Assembly: GCA_029856435.1 (NCBI GenBank)
Contig: JAHQXB010000117.1
Location: 1-39,084 of the forward strand
Source of the DNA: Candidatus Jordarchaeia archaeon
Lineage (GTDB): Archaea > Asgardarchaeota > Jordiarchaeia > Jordiarchaeales > Jordiarchaeaceae
Direction: 5' to 3'
DNA length: 39,084 bases
Shown one piece after another: positions 9,137 to 19,523 of this stretch. The stretch's first letter is position 1; every line of letters begins with the position of its first letter. The notes beneath the pieces are model-generated. The model was given only the letters and a program-made list of their open reading frames with translations. It did no database searches and was not told the origin of the DNA. A program made the position numbers and the translations under genes.

Positions 9137-10300
9137 TTATGCCTCCAGAATCACAATGTCAGTCCAGCTGCATCCTCCGAACCCAGTGGACAGCGTTCTT
9201 CTAACTTCTCCGGGTGCTTGACGCTTGCCAGCTTTTTTCATTATTTGGAGTGCTGCCTCAGCGACTCTAATCATGGCGGTTGCACCTATGGGGTTGGTGC
9301 AGATTACTCCTCCTGAGAGATTTACGGGCAATTCTCCGTACTTTTCGTATATTCCCTCGCGGTTAAGCTTTATGTTCTCGCCCGGTCCGCATACCCCTAG
9401 GGATTCCATCCACATTAATCCCGAGAAAGAGGATGGAGTATATAACTCCATGAGATCGAAGTCTTTGAGGGGATTCTTTATCTTGCATATTTTGTATGCT
9501 TCTCTGGAAGCCGCCTCTAAGGTGGGCATAGCAATAACGTCCCGCGCTCCCAAAGTCAGGTCTCCAAAGTGGGTATAGTCATGCCGAGTTACGCAGCATT
9601 TAACCCATGCGGGGGTATCTGTTATTTGCCTAGCTTTCCTCTCTTCTGCATAGATTATTGCGCAGGCTCCGTCTGACCTTGGACACATGTCTAGAAGTTT
9701 TATGGGATAGGAGAGCATTGGTGACTTTAACACATCCTCAACAGTTATTTTTATCCGCACATGAGCATAGGGATTGTCAAGCGCGTTTGTGTGTTCTCTC
9801 ACAGACACTATCGCAGCATCCTCCTCGGTAGCTCCATAGCGCTCCATGTACCCTGTGGCGGCTGTGGCGAGGGGACCTATGGCTCCCGAGAAAAAGTCTC
9901 TTTCCATTATGGGGTTAGCGCAGGTGGCGATTGCGGCTGTAGTGTCTGACTCAGAATTTTTCTCCCACCCGATAGCCAGAACCACATCAAACATTCCAGA
10001 AGCCACATGATAGTATCCACCAATAGCAACTGTGGTTCCAGTTGTTCCACCGGTGGTCATCTTCATAATGGGCTTCATGAAGCCTCCGGAACCATCTACA
10101 CTCCAAGTGTCAACGTAGTTTATTCCTTCAAAGTGGTCCATATTTCCTATGACCACAGCGTCAATCTCCTCCAGAGTAAGCCCAGCGTCATCTAGAGCTC
10201 TCTGCACCGCCTCGTTTATCATTTCTTGTCCGGTTACGTCTGGTCTATGAGATCTGTGGTGAGTTTGACCTACTCCTACAATACCTACTCTTCTCATCAT
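9137..10300 (-). CDS. Thiolase-fold (SCP2/Ltp3-like) protein lacking the N-terminal catalytic Cys
   Basis: VGVGQT, GWEKNSES, NPYAH, CPRSDGA, PVNLSGG; the usual xxACASG site reads TTGGTTG. Confidence 0.88.
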   Translation of the reverse strand: MMRRVGIVGVGQTHHRSHRPDVTGQEMINEAVQRALDDAGLTLEEIDAVVIGNMDHFEGINYVDTWSVDGSGGFMKPIMKMTTGGTTGTTVAIGGYYHVASGMFDVVLAIGWEKNSESDTTAAIATCANPIMERDFFSGAIGPLATAATGYMERYGATEEDAAIVSVREHTNALDNPYAHVRIKITVEDVLKSPMLSYPIKLLDMCPRSDGACAIIYAEERKARQITDTPAWVKCCVTRHDYTHFGDLTLGARDVIAMPTLEAASREAYKICKIKNPLKDFDLMELYTPSSFSGLMWMESLGVCGPGENIKLNREGIYEKYGELPVNLSGGVICTNPIGATAMIRVAEAALQIMKKAGKRQAPGEVRRTLSTGFGGCSWTDIVILEA

Positions 10301-10308
10301 TATTCACC

Positions 10309-11442
10309 TCACTTTCCTAATATGATTACGCAATGGGACTGGCCGCAGGGGCCATTTATTCCGTGGGCTAGTGCAACTTCAGCGTCGGGTACTTGTCTTT
10401 TGTCTGCTTCTCCTCTAAGCTGTAATACGCACTCTATTATTCTGACCAGTCCTGCTACAAGTACTGGGTGTGCTGAGAGTACTCCTCCTGAGGGGTTCAC
10501 GGGTAGCTGGCCACTCATTTCGGTTATTCCTTCGTCTATTAGTTTTACGCCTTCTCCCTTTTTGCAGAAGCCTAGTCCTTCCATCCACATGGGTTCCATG
10601 TAGGAAAAGGCGTCGTAAACTTCGGCGACGTCAATCTCTTTTAGGGGGTTTTTTATTCCTGCCATTTTGTAGGCTCTCTCAGCGGCGTTTCTCAGTGCTG
10701 CGGTTTCTGCCAGATCTCTATCTCCGAGATGGTAGGCGTCGCAGCAGTATCCTATTCCATTTATCCAGATGGGGTTGTCGCATATTTGTTTGGCTTTTGA
10801 CTCCTTAGCAAGAATGATTGCCGCTGCGCCGTCGGTAACAGGTGAGCAATCAAGAACTTTTAAGGGGTCTGCTAGCATTCTTGATTTGAGCACATCGTCA
10901 ACGGTAATGTTTAACGGTAAATGTGCGTAGGGGTTGTTGAAGGCGTTTTTGTGGTTTTTTACTGAAACCTTTGCAAACTGTTCTTCGGTGGCTCCATATT
11001 TTACCATGTACCTTCTGGCCTGGAGGGCGGATGAGGATATGGCATCTAAACCCAGTATTCTTTCATAGATGGGGTCGAATGCACAGTTGAAGACTACTCT
11101 GGGGTTGCATTCAGAAATTTTGGCGTGGGCACACACCACGGTGGTTTCAAATTCTGCCAGTGTGCGCATAACGCCCATCACTGTTCCAAAGGTTCCATCT
11201 CCTTCAACGGTGGTTACGTCGCGCCCCACCGAACCAGAAGCGTCCATAACCGCCATGCTGGAAATGGTTCTTCCATCCCAGAAATCGCTGCTGACGGTCA
11301 CCACGTTTTCGATATCGTCTCGCACCAGTCCCGCATCGTCCAAAGCCTTTGTGACCACTTCAAATATCATGTCGGCGAAAAGCTGTTTAGGTTTCTTACC
11401 CTCATGTTTTGTTTGAGCTACTCCTACTATTCCAACCTTCAA
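10309..11442 (-). CDS. Thiolase-fold (Ltp4-like) protein lacking the N-terminal catalytic Cys
   Basis: VGVAQT, SSDFWDGRTIS, TVEGDG, CSPVTDGA, PVNPSGG; SSD..GR and VE.D match Ltp4-type subunits from memory. Confidence 0.88.
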   Translation of the reverse strand: MKVGIVGVAQTKHEGKKPKQLFADMIFEVVTKALDDAGLVRDDIENVVTVSSDFWDGRTISSMAVMDASGSVGRDVTTVEGDGTFGTVMGVMRTLAEFETTVVCAHAKISECNPRVVFNCAFDPIYERILGLDAISSSALQARRYMVKYGATEEQFAKVSVKNHKNAFNNPYAHLPLNITVDDVLKSRMLADPLKVLDCSPVTDGAAAIILAKESKAKQICDNPIWINGIGYCCDAYHLGDRDLAETAALRNAAERAYKMAGIKNPLKEIDVAEVYDAFSYMEPMWMEGLGFCKKGEGVKLIDEGITEMSGQLPVNPSGGVLSAHPVLVAGLVRIIECVLQLRGEADKRQVPDAEVALAHGINGPCGQSHCVIILGK

Positions 11443-11448
11443 TCTTTT

Positions 11449-11913
11449 TCACCCCACAGGCTTGAAGTATTTTATGTCTAGATAGTTGCCCTCGGGTTTT
11501 TCGTTGAACACTGCCTTAACTCTCATGCCGACCTTAATCTTATCAAAGTCTACTTCTCCCAGGAAGTGTACCATTCCAGTGTCGGCTCCGTCCAGTTTTA
11601 TTATGCCGTATGCGAAGGGTGGTTCCCTTGGCTGAATGAGTGGTTCACTGTACCTAACAATGGTGTAGGTGAGTAGGGTTCCGGTATCGTTTAGTTCTAC
11701 CCATTCACGGCACTGCTTAAAGCACTCTATGCAGGTCTTCTTAGGTGGTACGTAAACTTTGCCGCATTCTGGACACTTGGTTCCCCAAATCTTCTTTTCT
11801 CTCAGCTGTTTGTAGAAGTAGGTTGCATATTCTCCGGCGTGCCACTGGTAAGGAACTTTTATCCCACTTCGATGGACATATATTCCCTCATCTTTTTCCG
11901 GAAGATCACTCAT
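11449..11913 (-). CDS. Zn-ribbon/OB-fold (DUF35) protein
   Basis: CPECGKVYVPPKKTCIEC plus OB fold. Start taken at ATG 11913 behind GAGGT (the ORF track starts at 11931). Confidence 0.92.
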   Translation of the reverse strand: MSDLPEKDEGIYVHRSGIKVPYQWHAGEYATYFYKQLREKKIWGTKCPECGKVYVPPKKTCIECFKQCREWVELNDTGTLLTYTIVRYSEPLIQPREPPFAYGIIKLDGADTGMVHFLGEVDFDKIKVGMRVKAVFNEKPEGNYLDIKYFKPVG

Positions 11914-13004
11914 AACGGTAACCTCATTCATATTTGGATTAGACTCCCACTTCGCCCCCGACCATTAAAGCCCAATATTTTTAACGCCCAATTTACACTC
12001 TTGGATTTTTGTATGGTAATTGTAATGGTTAGAGGATGTGTGCTGCGCCCATTTTGGATTTTTCCAACCATCTATACCCTAGGACTACAACATACTTAGT
12101 TCTTTGCTTAACAGTGCTCTACTTCTCAGACTTTTTAAATGCTTATTGTGCTGGGATCCATTTTTCTATCCTAGGGGCGAAATGGAATTGTGTATTAACG
12201 CTCAATCCTTTAAATATTAAAATTTTTTCCCAAAATTTAGAGGGATCTTGTCGTAAGTATGTAGTTTGTTGACATGAATTGTGTGCAGGGTTAGCTGGTC
12301 TTACCCCCCTTTTTTGGGCTTATTTGGAAGGAAGCCCTGTTAAGCCTCCTTTTCTTGAGAGGAACAAACGATCATGCATAGAAGGGAAGTCACATACTTA
12401 AGACGAGAGCCCAAATTTGGAGACTAGAGGAAGCAGTCTTTTTGTTGTTTTTGTCCATACGATTTCTGCTCCACTTCCGCATATGTGTTTTGAATAAGAG
12501 GGGGTCTTAATTAGTCCCCTTAACAAAGTTCCTTAACAAAAACTTGGATCCCTGTTTATAAACGAAACTTTTTAGTTTACCAAATTTTGGGAGCGGCGTG
12601 AATTGGCTCAAATCAACCCTTACTTTAGGGTTCCAAGTTCGAAAATTCTTAATTAAGACTGTCCTCGGAGGTGATCGAGCGAAGCTTCACCATTTTTGGA
12701 GGTGGGGCTGATTAATTTTTTGAAGTGTTTTGGTTGGGTTAATCACTATTATTTGTTGTTGCAAATTTTCCAATGGCTTTTGGTTTAGTGTGCATCTTGT
12801 GATTGCTAATTTGATGGACAATTTAATATAGGATGGTGTATTGTATCGAGTATTAGACAAAAAAATTATAAATCATAAAGTGCCCGTAAACAAGGATTTG
12901 AAACAAATTGTAAAAGTGCAAAAACTCTTAAAATTATTAAATTAAAAATAAAATTAAATAGTTAAATATTAAACTTAATTTTATGGATTTGAGGATGTGG
13001 TGCT

Positions 13005-14681
13005 ATGTTCGATCCAGAGGCGATAAAAGAGATTGAGGAAAACCAGAAAAGTTGGGAAAAAAAGGTCGAAAAGTGTAAGGAACGCGACGTAGAGTTCACA
13101 ACCTACTCGGGCATACCAGTAAAGAGGCTCTATACACCGGCGGACATAAAAAATCATGATTATCTGAGAGACGTGGGCTTCCCGGGGCAGCCTCCATATA
13201 CAAGAGGCGTTTATTTAAACATGTACCGTGGCCGTATATGGACCATGAGACTTTTCTCGGGATACGGTACTCCCGAGGAGACAAATGAGAGATGGAAACT
13301 ACTTTATAGTGAGGGAGAAACAGGGTTCAGCGCCGCAGTAGATGCCTTAACCTTTAACGGACTTGATCCAGATGACCCCAGAGCAATGGCGGAAGTGGGA
13401 ACCTCAGGCGTGCCACTCTACTGTATAGACAGTATGTATGCCCTTACGGATGGACTTCCCATAGATAAAATCAGCGTGGCACTAGTTGTTGAACCCTTCA
13501 CCAGTGCCCCCGTATGCGCCATGTATTTCAATATGGCCAAGAGCAAAGGCATAGACCTCAAAAACCTCATGGGAACCTGCCAGAACGACATTTGCACCAT
13601 GAGTTTAGGCTTCGTACCTTTCGAAAACGTTGCGCCTCATCACCTGCTCAGACTAGCCTGCGACCTAATAGAATACACCGCAGCCCAAAAGAACGTTCCA
13701 AAATGGCACCCCATAAACTTCACCACCTACAATTACCGGGAAGGAGGCATTGACGCCATCCAGGAATTGGCAATAGGATTCGCCAATGCCATGGCACACA
13801 TTGATAATGTAATAGATAGGGGCTGGCACATTGATGATTTTGTGGGGCGCCTGGCATTCCACCTTTCAGCCCATAAAGACTTCTTCGAGGAAATCGCCAA
13901 GTTCCGCGCGGCCCGAAGAATATGGTACAAACTTATGAGAGACAAGTACGAGGCCAAAGACCGCCAATCATACCAGTTCAGGTTCCATATTCAGACCGCG
14001 GGAAGCTCCCTAACAGCGCAGCAGCCTACCGTAAACATAATTAGAACCACAATCCAGGCTCTGGAGGCTGTGCTGGGAGGTTGCCAGTCTATGCACACCA
14101 ACTCTTACGATGAGGCGATATGCCTCCCAAGCGAGGAAGCGGTGCTACTCGCCCTAAGAACCCAACAAGTAATTGCAGAAGAAACCAGAGTTACCAACAC
14201 CATTGACCCCTTGGCAGGCTCCTACTATGTGGAATGGCTTACCGACGAAATAGAGGACAGAGTTTGGAAATACATGGACAAAATAGAGGCTCATGGAGGT
14301 ATAGTAGGCGGGCTGGAAAGCGGATGGCTTTTCCAAGAAATGAGAAACGCCTTCCACAAGCGTCAAACAGCCATCGAGGAAGGAAGAGAGAAGGTAATAG
14401 GTGTTAACATATACACCCGGGACGAGGTCCCTTCCACTAAAGTATTTAGAACTAATCCTAGAGCTGCAGAAATAGAAATTGAGCGCATTAAGAGGCTGAA
14501 GGCAAGAAGAGATAATAGAAAAGTGCAGGAGCTCTTAGACAAGCTGCGAAGAGTTTGTGAAAGGGAAGAAAATGTGCTGCCCGCAGTTATGGAAGCCACA
14601 AAAGAGGGAGCAACTCTAGGAGAAATCTGCAACGTTTACCGTGAAATGTGGGGTATCTGGAATCCACCTATGATGACCTAG
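13005..14681 (+). CDS. B12-dependent acyl-CoA mutase large subunit (methylmalonyl-CoA mutase family), divergent active site
   Basis: [66 protein letters not shown]; no B12-binding domain. Confidence 0.93.
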   Translation: MFDPEAIKEIEENQKSWEKKVEKCKERDVEFTTYSGIPVKRLYTPADIKNHDYLRDVGFPGQPPYTRGVYLNMYRGRIWTMRLFSGYGTPEETNERWKLLYSEGETGFSAAVDALTFNGLDPDDPRAMAEVGTSGVPLYCIDSMYALTDGLPIDKISVALVVEPFTSAPVCAMYFNMAKSKGIDLKNLMGTCQNDICTMSLGFVPFENVAPHHLLRLACDLIEYTAAQKNVPKWHPINFTTYNYREGGIDAIQELAIGFANAMAHIDNVIDRGWHIDDFVGRLAFHLSAHKDFFEEIAKFRAARRIWYKLMRDKYEAKDRQSYQFRFHIQTAGSSLTAQQPTVNIIRTTIQALEAVLGGCQSMHTNSYDEAICLPSEEAVLLALRTQQVIAEETRVTNTIDPLAGSYYVEWLTDEIEDRVWKYMDKIEAHGGIVGGLESGWLFQEMRNAFHKRQTAIEEGREKVIGVNIYTRDEVPSTKVFRTNPRAAEIEIERIKRLKARRDNRKVQELLDKLRRVCEREENVLPAVMEATKEGATLGEICNVYREMWGIWNPPMMT

Positions 14682-14693
14682 AGGTGCCTCACT

Positions 14694-15092
14694 TTGCCCA
14701 AGAAAATAAAGTTCTTGATGTCTAAACCCGGCGTGGATGGACACTGGAGAGGCGCGGTAACCGTATCCATGGGGCTAAGAGACGCAGGAATGGAGGTAGT
14801 GTTTGGAGGTTTCCAAACCATAGATCAAATAGTTAAAACCGCCATAGAAGAAGACGTAGACATTATCGGAATGAGCATACACTCAGGGGCGCACATTGCA
14901 TACACTAAGAAACTTATGCAGTTACTGGAAGAGAAGGGACTGAAGGACAGGTTTATGGTTCTGGTAGGAGGAGCAATTCCCGAAGTAGACTTCGATGAGT
15001 TAAAGAAAATGGGAGTCGCAAACGTCTATGGTCCAGGCTCCCTAATCAAAGACATAGTGGCCTTCATTCACAACCACCTAAACCAAGAGTAA
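14694..15092 (+). CDS. Cobalamin-binding small subunit of acyl-CoA mutase
   Basis: KPGVDGHWRG (DxHxxG), GMSIHSG, VGGAIP, YGPG; TTG start behind GAGGTG. Confidence 0.93.
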   Translation: MPKKIKFLMSKPGVDGHWRGAVTVSMGLRDAGMEVVFGGFQTIDQIVKTAIEEDVDIIGMSIHSGAHIAYTKKLMQLLEEKGLKDRFMVLVGGAIPEVDFDELKKMGVANVYGPGSLIKDIVAFIHNHLNQE

Positions 15093-15237
15093 ACTCCAGT
15101 TAAAAAGCGCAACTAAATAAGTGGGCTGAGAACGGCTTGAACCTGCCACCTTCCTATATTAACCACCAAATCTTTTTTGGTTTCTTGGTTTTCCATTCCT
15201 TTTTCCTTGGAAGTGAACCGGCGGGGAAGATGAGGGG

Positions 15238-16107
15238 CTAGTATTCTCTTAAAATTGAGCACACCAAGCATGAGGGCCCTCCAGTTCTATTGAGACATAT
15301 CTCTTGGCCTTGGAACTCAATTACTTCAACGTCCTCCTTTTCCAGAGCTCTTCTCGTTTTGTGGTTTCCCTCCACCATTAAGCATTTTCTGGGTTTTAGA
15401 GTCAAAACGTTGCAACCTTGGGTATTAAACTCCCTTCCTGGAACCTCAATTATTTTTATGTTTCTAGCTTTTAGGCGCTCTAACAGGGAGATGGGCGCCA
15501 ATTCGGGATAAACCAGCGCCAAATCCTCATCTATTAAGCTAATTAGAGACAAAAGGTGGAGACACTCCCCTGGCCCACGCCAATGAGGCAAATCCACATG
15601 GCTTATGTTAGCCAAATCGTTTAAAATATTTTTTAGTTGCGTAATTCCTTCAGTATTGGAGCGGTAGGATCGGCCGACGATGATGGTTTTGGAATCCAGC
15701 CACAACACGTCTCCACCCTCGAGGGTTGCTTCTCCCTGAATTCTTCCAAGAATGGGAATTTCCAGTTTTGCAATGTTCTCACTCAGAGTTTCCTCCTCCC
15801 CCATCCTTAACGCTTTGCTCATTTTGAGTATCACTGCTCCTCTATCAGTTATGATTGCCGGGTCGCTGGTAAAAATGGCATCTAAGCGTTCCCTGTGAAC
15901 ATCATGGGCAAAGAACGTAATAACCCCTTCTGCCTTTATGGTTTCAACAAAGTTTGCGTGTTCCTCCCTAGCCAATCTTATATTCGGTTTTCTAGCGTAG
16001 CCCCATTTCTTCCAGTCTTTTATGTGGTTTTCTTCCTCAAGAGGACTCCGCACGAGGATTTTCTTGAGAGCACCCACCATAGATTGACTTCCGTAAGTAC
16101 GAACCAT
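15238..16107 (-). CDS. Amidinotransferase superfamily protein (arginine deiminase/dimethylargininase-like)
   Basis: DAIFTSDP, LEGGDV, GRSYRSN, HLLS, GGPSC with the catalytic C-terminal Cys. Confidence 0.88.
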   Translation of the reverse strand: MVRTYGSQSMVGALKKILVRSPLEEENHIKDWKKWGYARKPNIRLAREEHANFVETIKAEGVITFFAHDVHRERLDAIFTSDPAIITDRGAVILKMSKALRMGEEETLSENIAKLEIPILGRIQGEATLEGGDVLWLDSKTIIVGRSYRSNTEGITQLKNILNDLANISHVDLPHWRGPGECLHLLSLISLIDEDLALVYPELAPISLLERLKARNIKIIEVPGREFNTQGCNVLTLKPRKCLMVEGNHKTRRALEKEDVEVIEFQGQEICLNRTGGPSCLVCSILREY

Positions 16108-16553
16108 AATTTTCCCTTTTCCCTCAATAATTCTTTATCTCACTTAAACCTTTGTCTCCTCTTAAAGGAAAAATAGGCCCTCATAAAAATTCACGGTTAC
16201 TTAAATCAGTTTTAATTTATATGTGAGTATGATAACTTAGTCATCCTCGGCGGTATAACCCCCAAGACAAACACCCTGCAAAAAGTTAAGGAGGAGACGG
16301 TAACAACCTAAAAATAAGGGGAACTGAAGCCAGAGGAGAAACCGCACCCCAACCACCATCCCAGAAGTATGCCGGCTAACGGGAAGGGTAGGGGAATGCG
16401 GTGAAAACCCGGAAAGCGTGTTACATAACTTCAAATACTGTTCATGTATGGCTGGAGGAGCTCCCCCCTCCAAACATTTTGCAAAGACTTTTTATGCCCA
16501 AATTTTTAAACAAAAATACGTAAGTATCGCCCAAAATTTTGGAGTTTTTAGCC

Positions 16554-17356
16554 ATAGGAGGAAAATTGTCAGGTAAGGTTGCTCTGGTTACTGGAGCCGC
16601 ATCAGGTACTGGTCGGGGTATTGCCCATCGCTTCACCCTTGAAGGAGCCGGTCTTTCCCCAGTTGACCTTAACCTTGAGGGAGTCGAGAAAGTTGCCAAA
16701 GAATTAGAGAGCTAGGTGGCAAAGCCATAGCTATCAAGTATGATGTGGGTGACGAAGCTCAAGTGATTCGGGCAGTTGAGGAAACCGAGAAGAATCTGGG
16801 AAGAATAAATATTCTGGTGAACAATGCAGGCATAATAAATTTTAGTCTCCTCCAAGATACGACCACAGAACAGTTGGCACAACATGTTTAGAGTACACGC
16901 GCCACATCCTATTTTTCGCGGGCTGTCATCAAATCCATGCAGGAAGGCGACCGGATAATCAACATATCCTCAATAGCGGGAATAATGGGAGAAACCATCA
17001 GCGCCCACTATGCTGCCGAAGCGGCAATAATAGGCCTCACAAAAACACTGGCATTGGAGGTGGCCCACAGGGGAATAACAGTGAATGCCATAGCACCCGG
17101 AGTAATTAAAACAGGTATGATCAAAGATATGATGACAGCAACACCCGAATCCCACATGGAAACACCAGTACATAGATACGGTACACCAGAAGACATAGTT
17201 GAGACAGCAGCCTACCTAGCATCCCCAGGAGCAGGGTACATAACGGGTCAAGTAATTGTAGTAGACGGAGGACTCACACTTTACAACACCAGCCAACAAT
17301 TAATCCAGAATATTTGGATTATAAAGATAAAAAACTACACAAGCTGGCTCTTTTGA
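16554..17356 (+). pseudogene. SDR (FabG-like) oxidoreductase pseudogene
   Basis: GKVALVTGAASGTGRGIA from about 16566, then a frameshift (about 16710) to LGGKAIAIKYDV..LVNNAG, a second shift (about 16880), then IINISS, a damaged YxxxK (YAAEAA), VNAIAPG and VDGG. Apparent start codon is ATA. Confidence 0.85.
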
Positions 17357-17399
17357 TAAATTAAGAAAATGCTTTTCATAGTAGAAAAATACATTTTGA

Positions 17400-17690
17400 G
17401 CATTGATTCCAATAGTGCAGCGAAAGCCACAATGGGGGGATTCAAAGTCTTTGGCACCAGAGGTGGCGCATAAAGAAATTACTGTAAACGCTGTAGCCCC
17501 TAGATTGATATACAGGACAATTATATAAATGATAGATAAAGTAGTCCAGAACTCTACAAGGAAACACCCGCCAAGAGGCTGGATAAACCAGAAGACATGC
17601 GTTGGTTGCAGCATTCCTAGCTTCGCCAAGGGCAAGCTAAATAATGGGGCAGATAATCATCGTGGACGGAGGACTCAGCCTAACAAACGT
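17400..17690 (+). pseudogene. Second decayed SDR C-terminal fragment
   Basis: LAPEVAHKEITVNAVAP and AFLASPRAS*IMGQIIIVDGGLSL parallel the upstream copy; contains stops and frameshifts. Confidence 0.75.
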
Positions 17691-17805
17691 TGGGAGCATA
17701 CCAGTATACAAAATAGGAGAAATCTAAGATGCGAAGTCCTCAAATAAATAAGACTAAAGCTCATGAAAAATTTAAAGTTCCGAGTTGGAAAAGACAAATA
17801 GGGTA

Positions 17806-18726
17806 TTAGAATATTTTGTAGAGCGGATGATTCTTGGTCTGTATAGTTATTTGGCGCATTCTAGATTTCGTGTAGGCTATAGTGGAGTCTACCATTGCCA
17901 CCGCTGGGAAAACGATATCCGAATTATATATTGGTCCATATAGTACCCAGTTTGCTCCGGCATGTATCATGGCGGTTACTGCGGTTGCGGCGCACACTTT
18001 TTTGGCGTTTTCTCCCAGTTCTGTTACTCTCTTCCATTCGAGAACGGCGTTGAGTGGCCCCCCGCCGCAGGGTAGTCCGAACTCCTGCTTTACAAGTTTG
18101 ACAGCCTCCGCTGCCATGCCGATACTGGGAACATCGAGAACAGCCGTGTCAACCAGCATATTCTGAATACCAGCTTCCTCAGCGTATTGTATTAAGCCCT
18201 TTGTGTTCTGGTCGCCCTTTAAGACTTCAACTCTGCCTTGGGGTTTCACGTTCCGAGGATTGTAGCCCAGTAGAACTGCAGACTTTACACCAATGTTTTT
18301 AAGATCTCTTACCTCTTGCTCTGAAACATGGAACGTTATAGAGTTGTAGACTGTTCTATCCATTAATCCCGTCTCCGCAGAGTATTTTAGTCCCGCCATT
18401 TTTACATCGGTGGATGTGCTGTCAATGAAGAAGGGAGCGTTTGTGACTCCCGCAACGAATTCTACGTATTTTACGATGGCGGTTTCAGTGGAGCCTACAA
18501 TATCAACCATGTGAGGATTTCCAGTTTTATCAGACATTTCCTCCTGCCTCTTTATTAGCTCCTCTGCCCTTCCCTTATCGAAAACTCCCTTCGCCGGGTC
18601 ACTGACTATCTTATGCCTATCGTAAAATATTGAACCAACCAAAACAGTGGGCAACTCTCCGGGCTGACCACCAATCTTAACATTCCCTATTGTAAAAATC
18701 TTTTGTTCACGTCCAAAGGTAAACAA
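17806..18726 (-). CDS. mtrH: MtrH-family methyltransferase (methyl-H4MPT/H4F:corrinoid), stand-alone
   Basis: MFTFGREQKIFTIGNVKIGGQPGELPTVLVGSIFY, IDST, YNSI, LVDTAV, GPI motifs; no mtrA-G nearby. Confidence 0.92.
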   Translation of the reverse strand: MFTFGREQKIFTIGNVKIGGQPGELPTVLVGSIFYDRHKIVSDPAKGVFDKGRAEELIKRQEEMSDKTGNPHMVDIVGSTETAIVKYVEFVAGVTNAPFFIDSTSTDVKMAGLKYSAETGLMDRTVYNSITFHVSEQEVRDLKNIGVKSAVLLGYNPRNVKPQGRVEVLKGDQNTKGLIQYAEEAGIQNMLVDTAVLDVPSIGMAAEAVKLVKQEFGLPCGGGPLNAVLEWKRVTELGENAKKVCAATAVTAMIHAGANWVLYGPIYNSDIVFPAVAMVDSTIAYTKSRMRQITIQTKNHPLYKIF

Positions 18727-19080
18727 TCTACCACCACCTAAAACTCACGATAGACTGAGTAGTCTAACTAATTTAAGTTTTTGCGACAATCAGTCTCGAC
18801 AACAACGTGCCCTCGACACTTCTTACAGGAAATGCAACAAAAAATAAAGCCATTTCTCACTAAAAAGACACTCAACGGAAAAAGCACCAAAAAATGAAAA
18901 CTAATTTCTCCCTAAAACTCGACACTGCAAAAAGACAACAACCCTCCCAAACTTCGTTTTTGGAATTTAGGGTATATTCAGAGATTAGGTTCCCCCAAAA
19001 AAATGGTTAATCCCAATCCGAAAGAAGCCTAAGATCCATTTGGCAAAATGAGAAGTACAAGAAAAGATAAAAAGGATCCC

Positions 19081-19333
19081 ACTCTAAGTAAGCCATAAAA
19101 TTACATAGAGTTGGGGGTTTCACAGTACCACGCGGCGGCCTCACGTGTTCATAAGCCGCCTCCCATTCCGCCCCCTCAGGGTGAACCCACCCCCCCACCT
19201 CCACGAATTCACCTCCCTGCTTCTTCACAGACCAATTCCCCTGCGGGTGCTGTCGCCAACGCCGTGAGGAGCGCAGGAGACGTCTCACAATCAAGCGGAA
19301 GAATGCGGTCGGGTGGGGAGAAAGACCCTCCAT
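19081..19333 (-). ncRNA. Candidate orphan omegaRNA scaffold
   Basis: Homolog of 148-403 with the same predicted stems retained; no tnpB catalytic sequence in cis. Confidence 0.5.
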
Positions 19334-19523
19334 CGTACCCTATGTTCTCTGTCTGTTTGCGGGTGTGGGGAAGTTGCTTTATTTCACTTGGTGTCGGTTT
19401 TCGAATGCCGGCTGTTGTGAATGTTTGTAGCTTGTTCTGTTTGTTCTATTTATGGATGGTTTGTGTCGTGACGTCTGGTGGTTGTTTTGTCTCTTTTGGG
19501 TTGTGTAATTGCTCCATGGGCAT
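19334..19523 (-). pseudogene. tnpA: Decayed 5' fragment of IS607 tnpA (MerR-type HTH up to IGY)
   Basis: Reads MPMEQ...TTQTIHK*...PSEIKQL...NIGY and stops just before the catalytic ARVS motif of the serine recombinase. Confidence 0.7.

Noticed and set aside
12315-12327. 13-mer TGGGCTTATTTGG shared with 37636-37648, both upstream of mutase genes
   Set aside because: Several chance 13-mer matches are expected in 39 kb, and its distances to the two start codons are very different.
16200-16470. Possible PfpI/DJ-1-like remnant (EYDNLVILGG)
   Set aside because: Only one short motif; the rest does not align in any frame.
19007-19333. 108-aa ORF MEGLSPHP... as an independent gene
   Set aside because: It is the tnpB tail of the deleted element, running out into flanking DNA.
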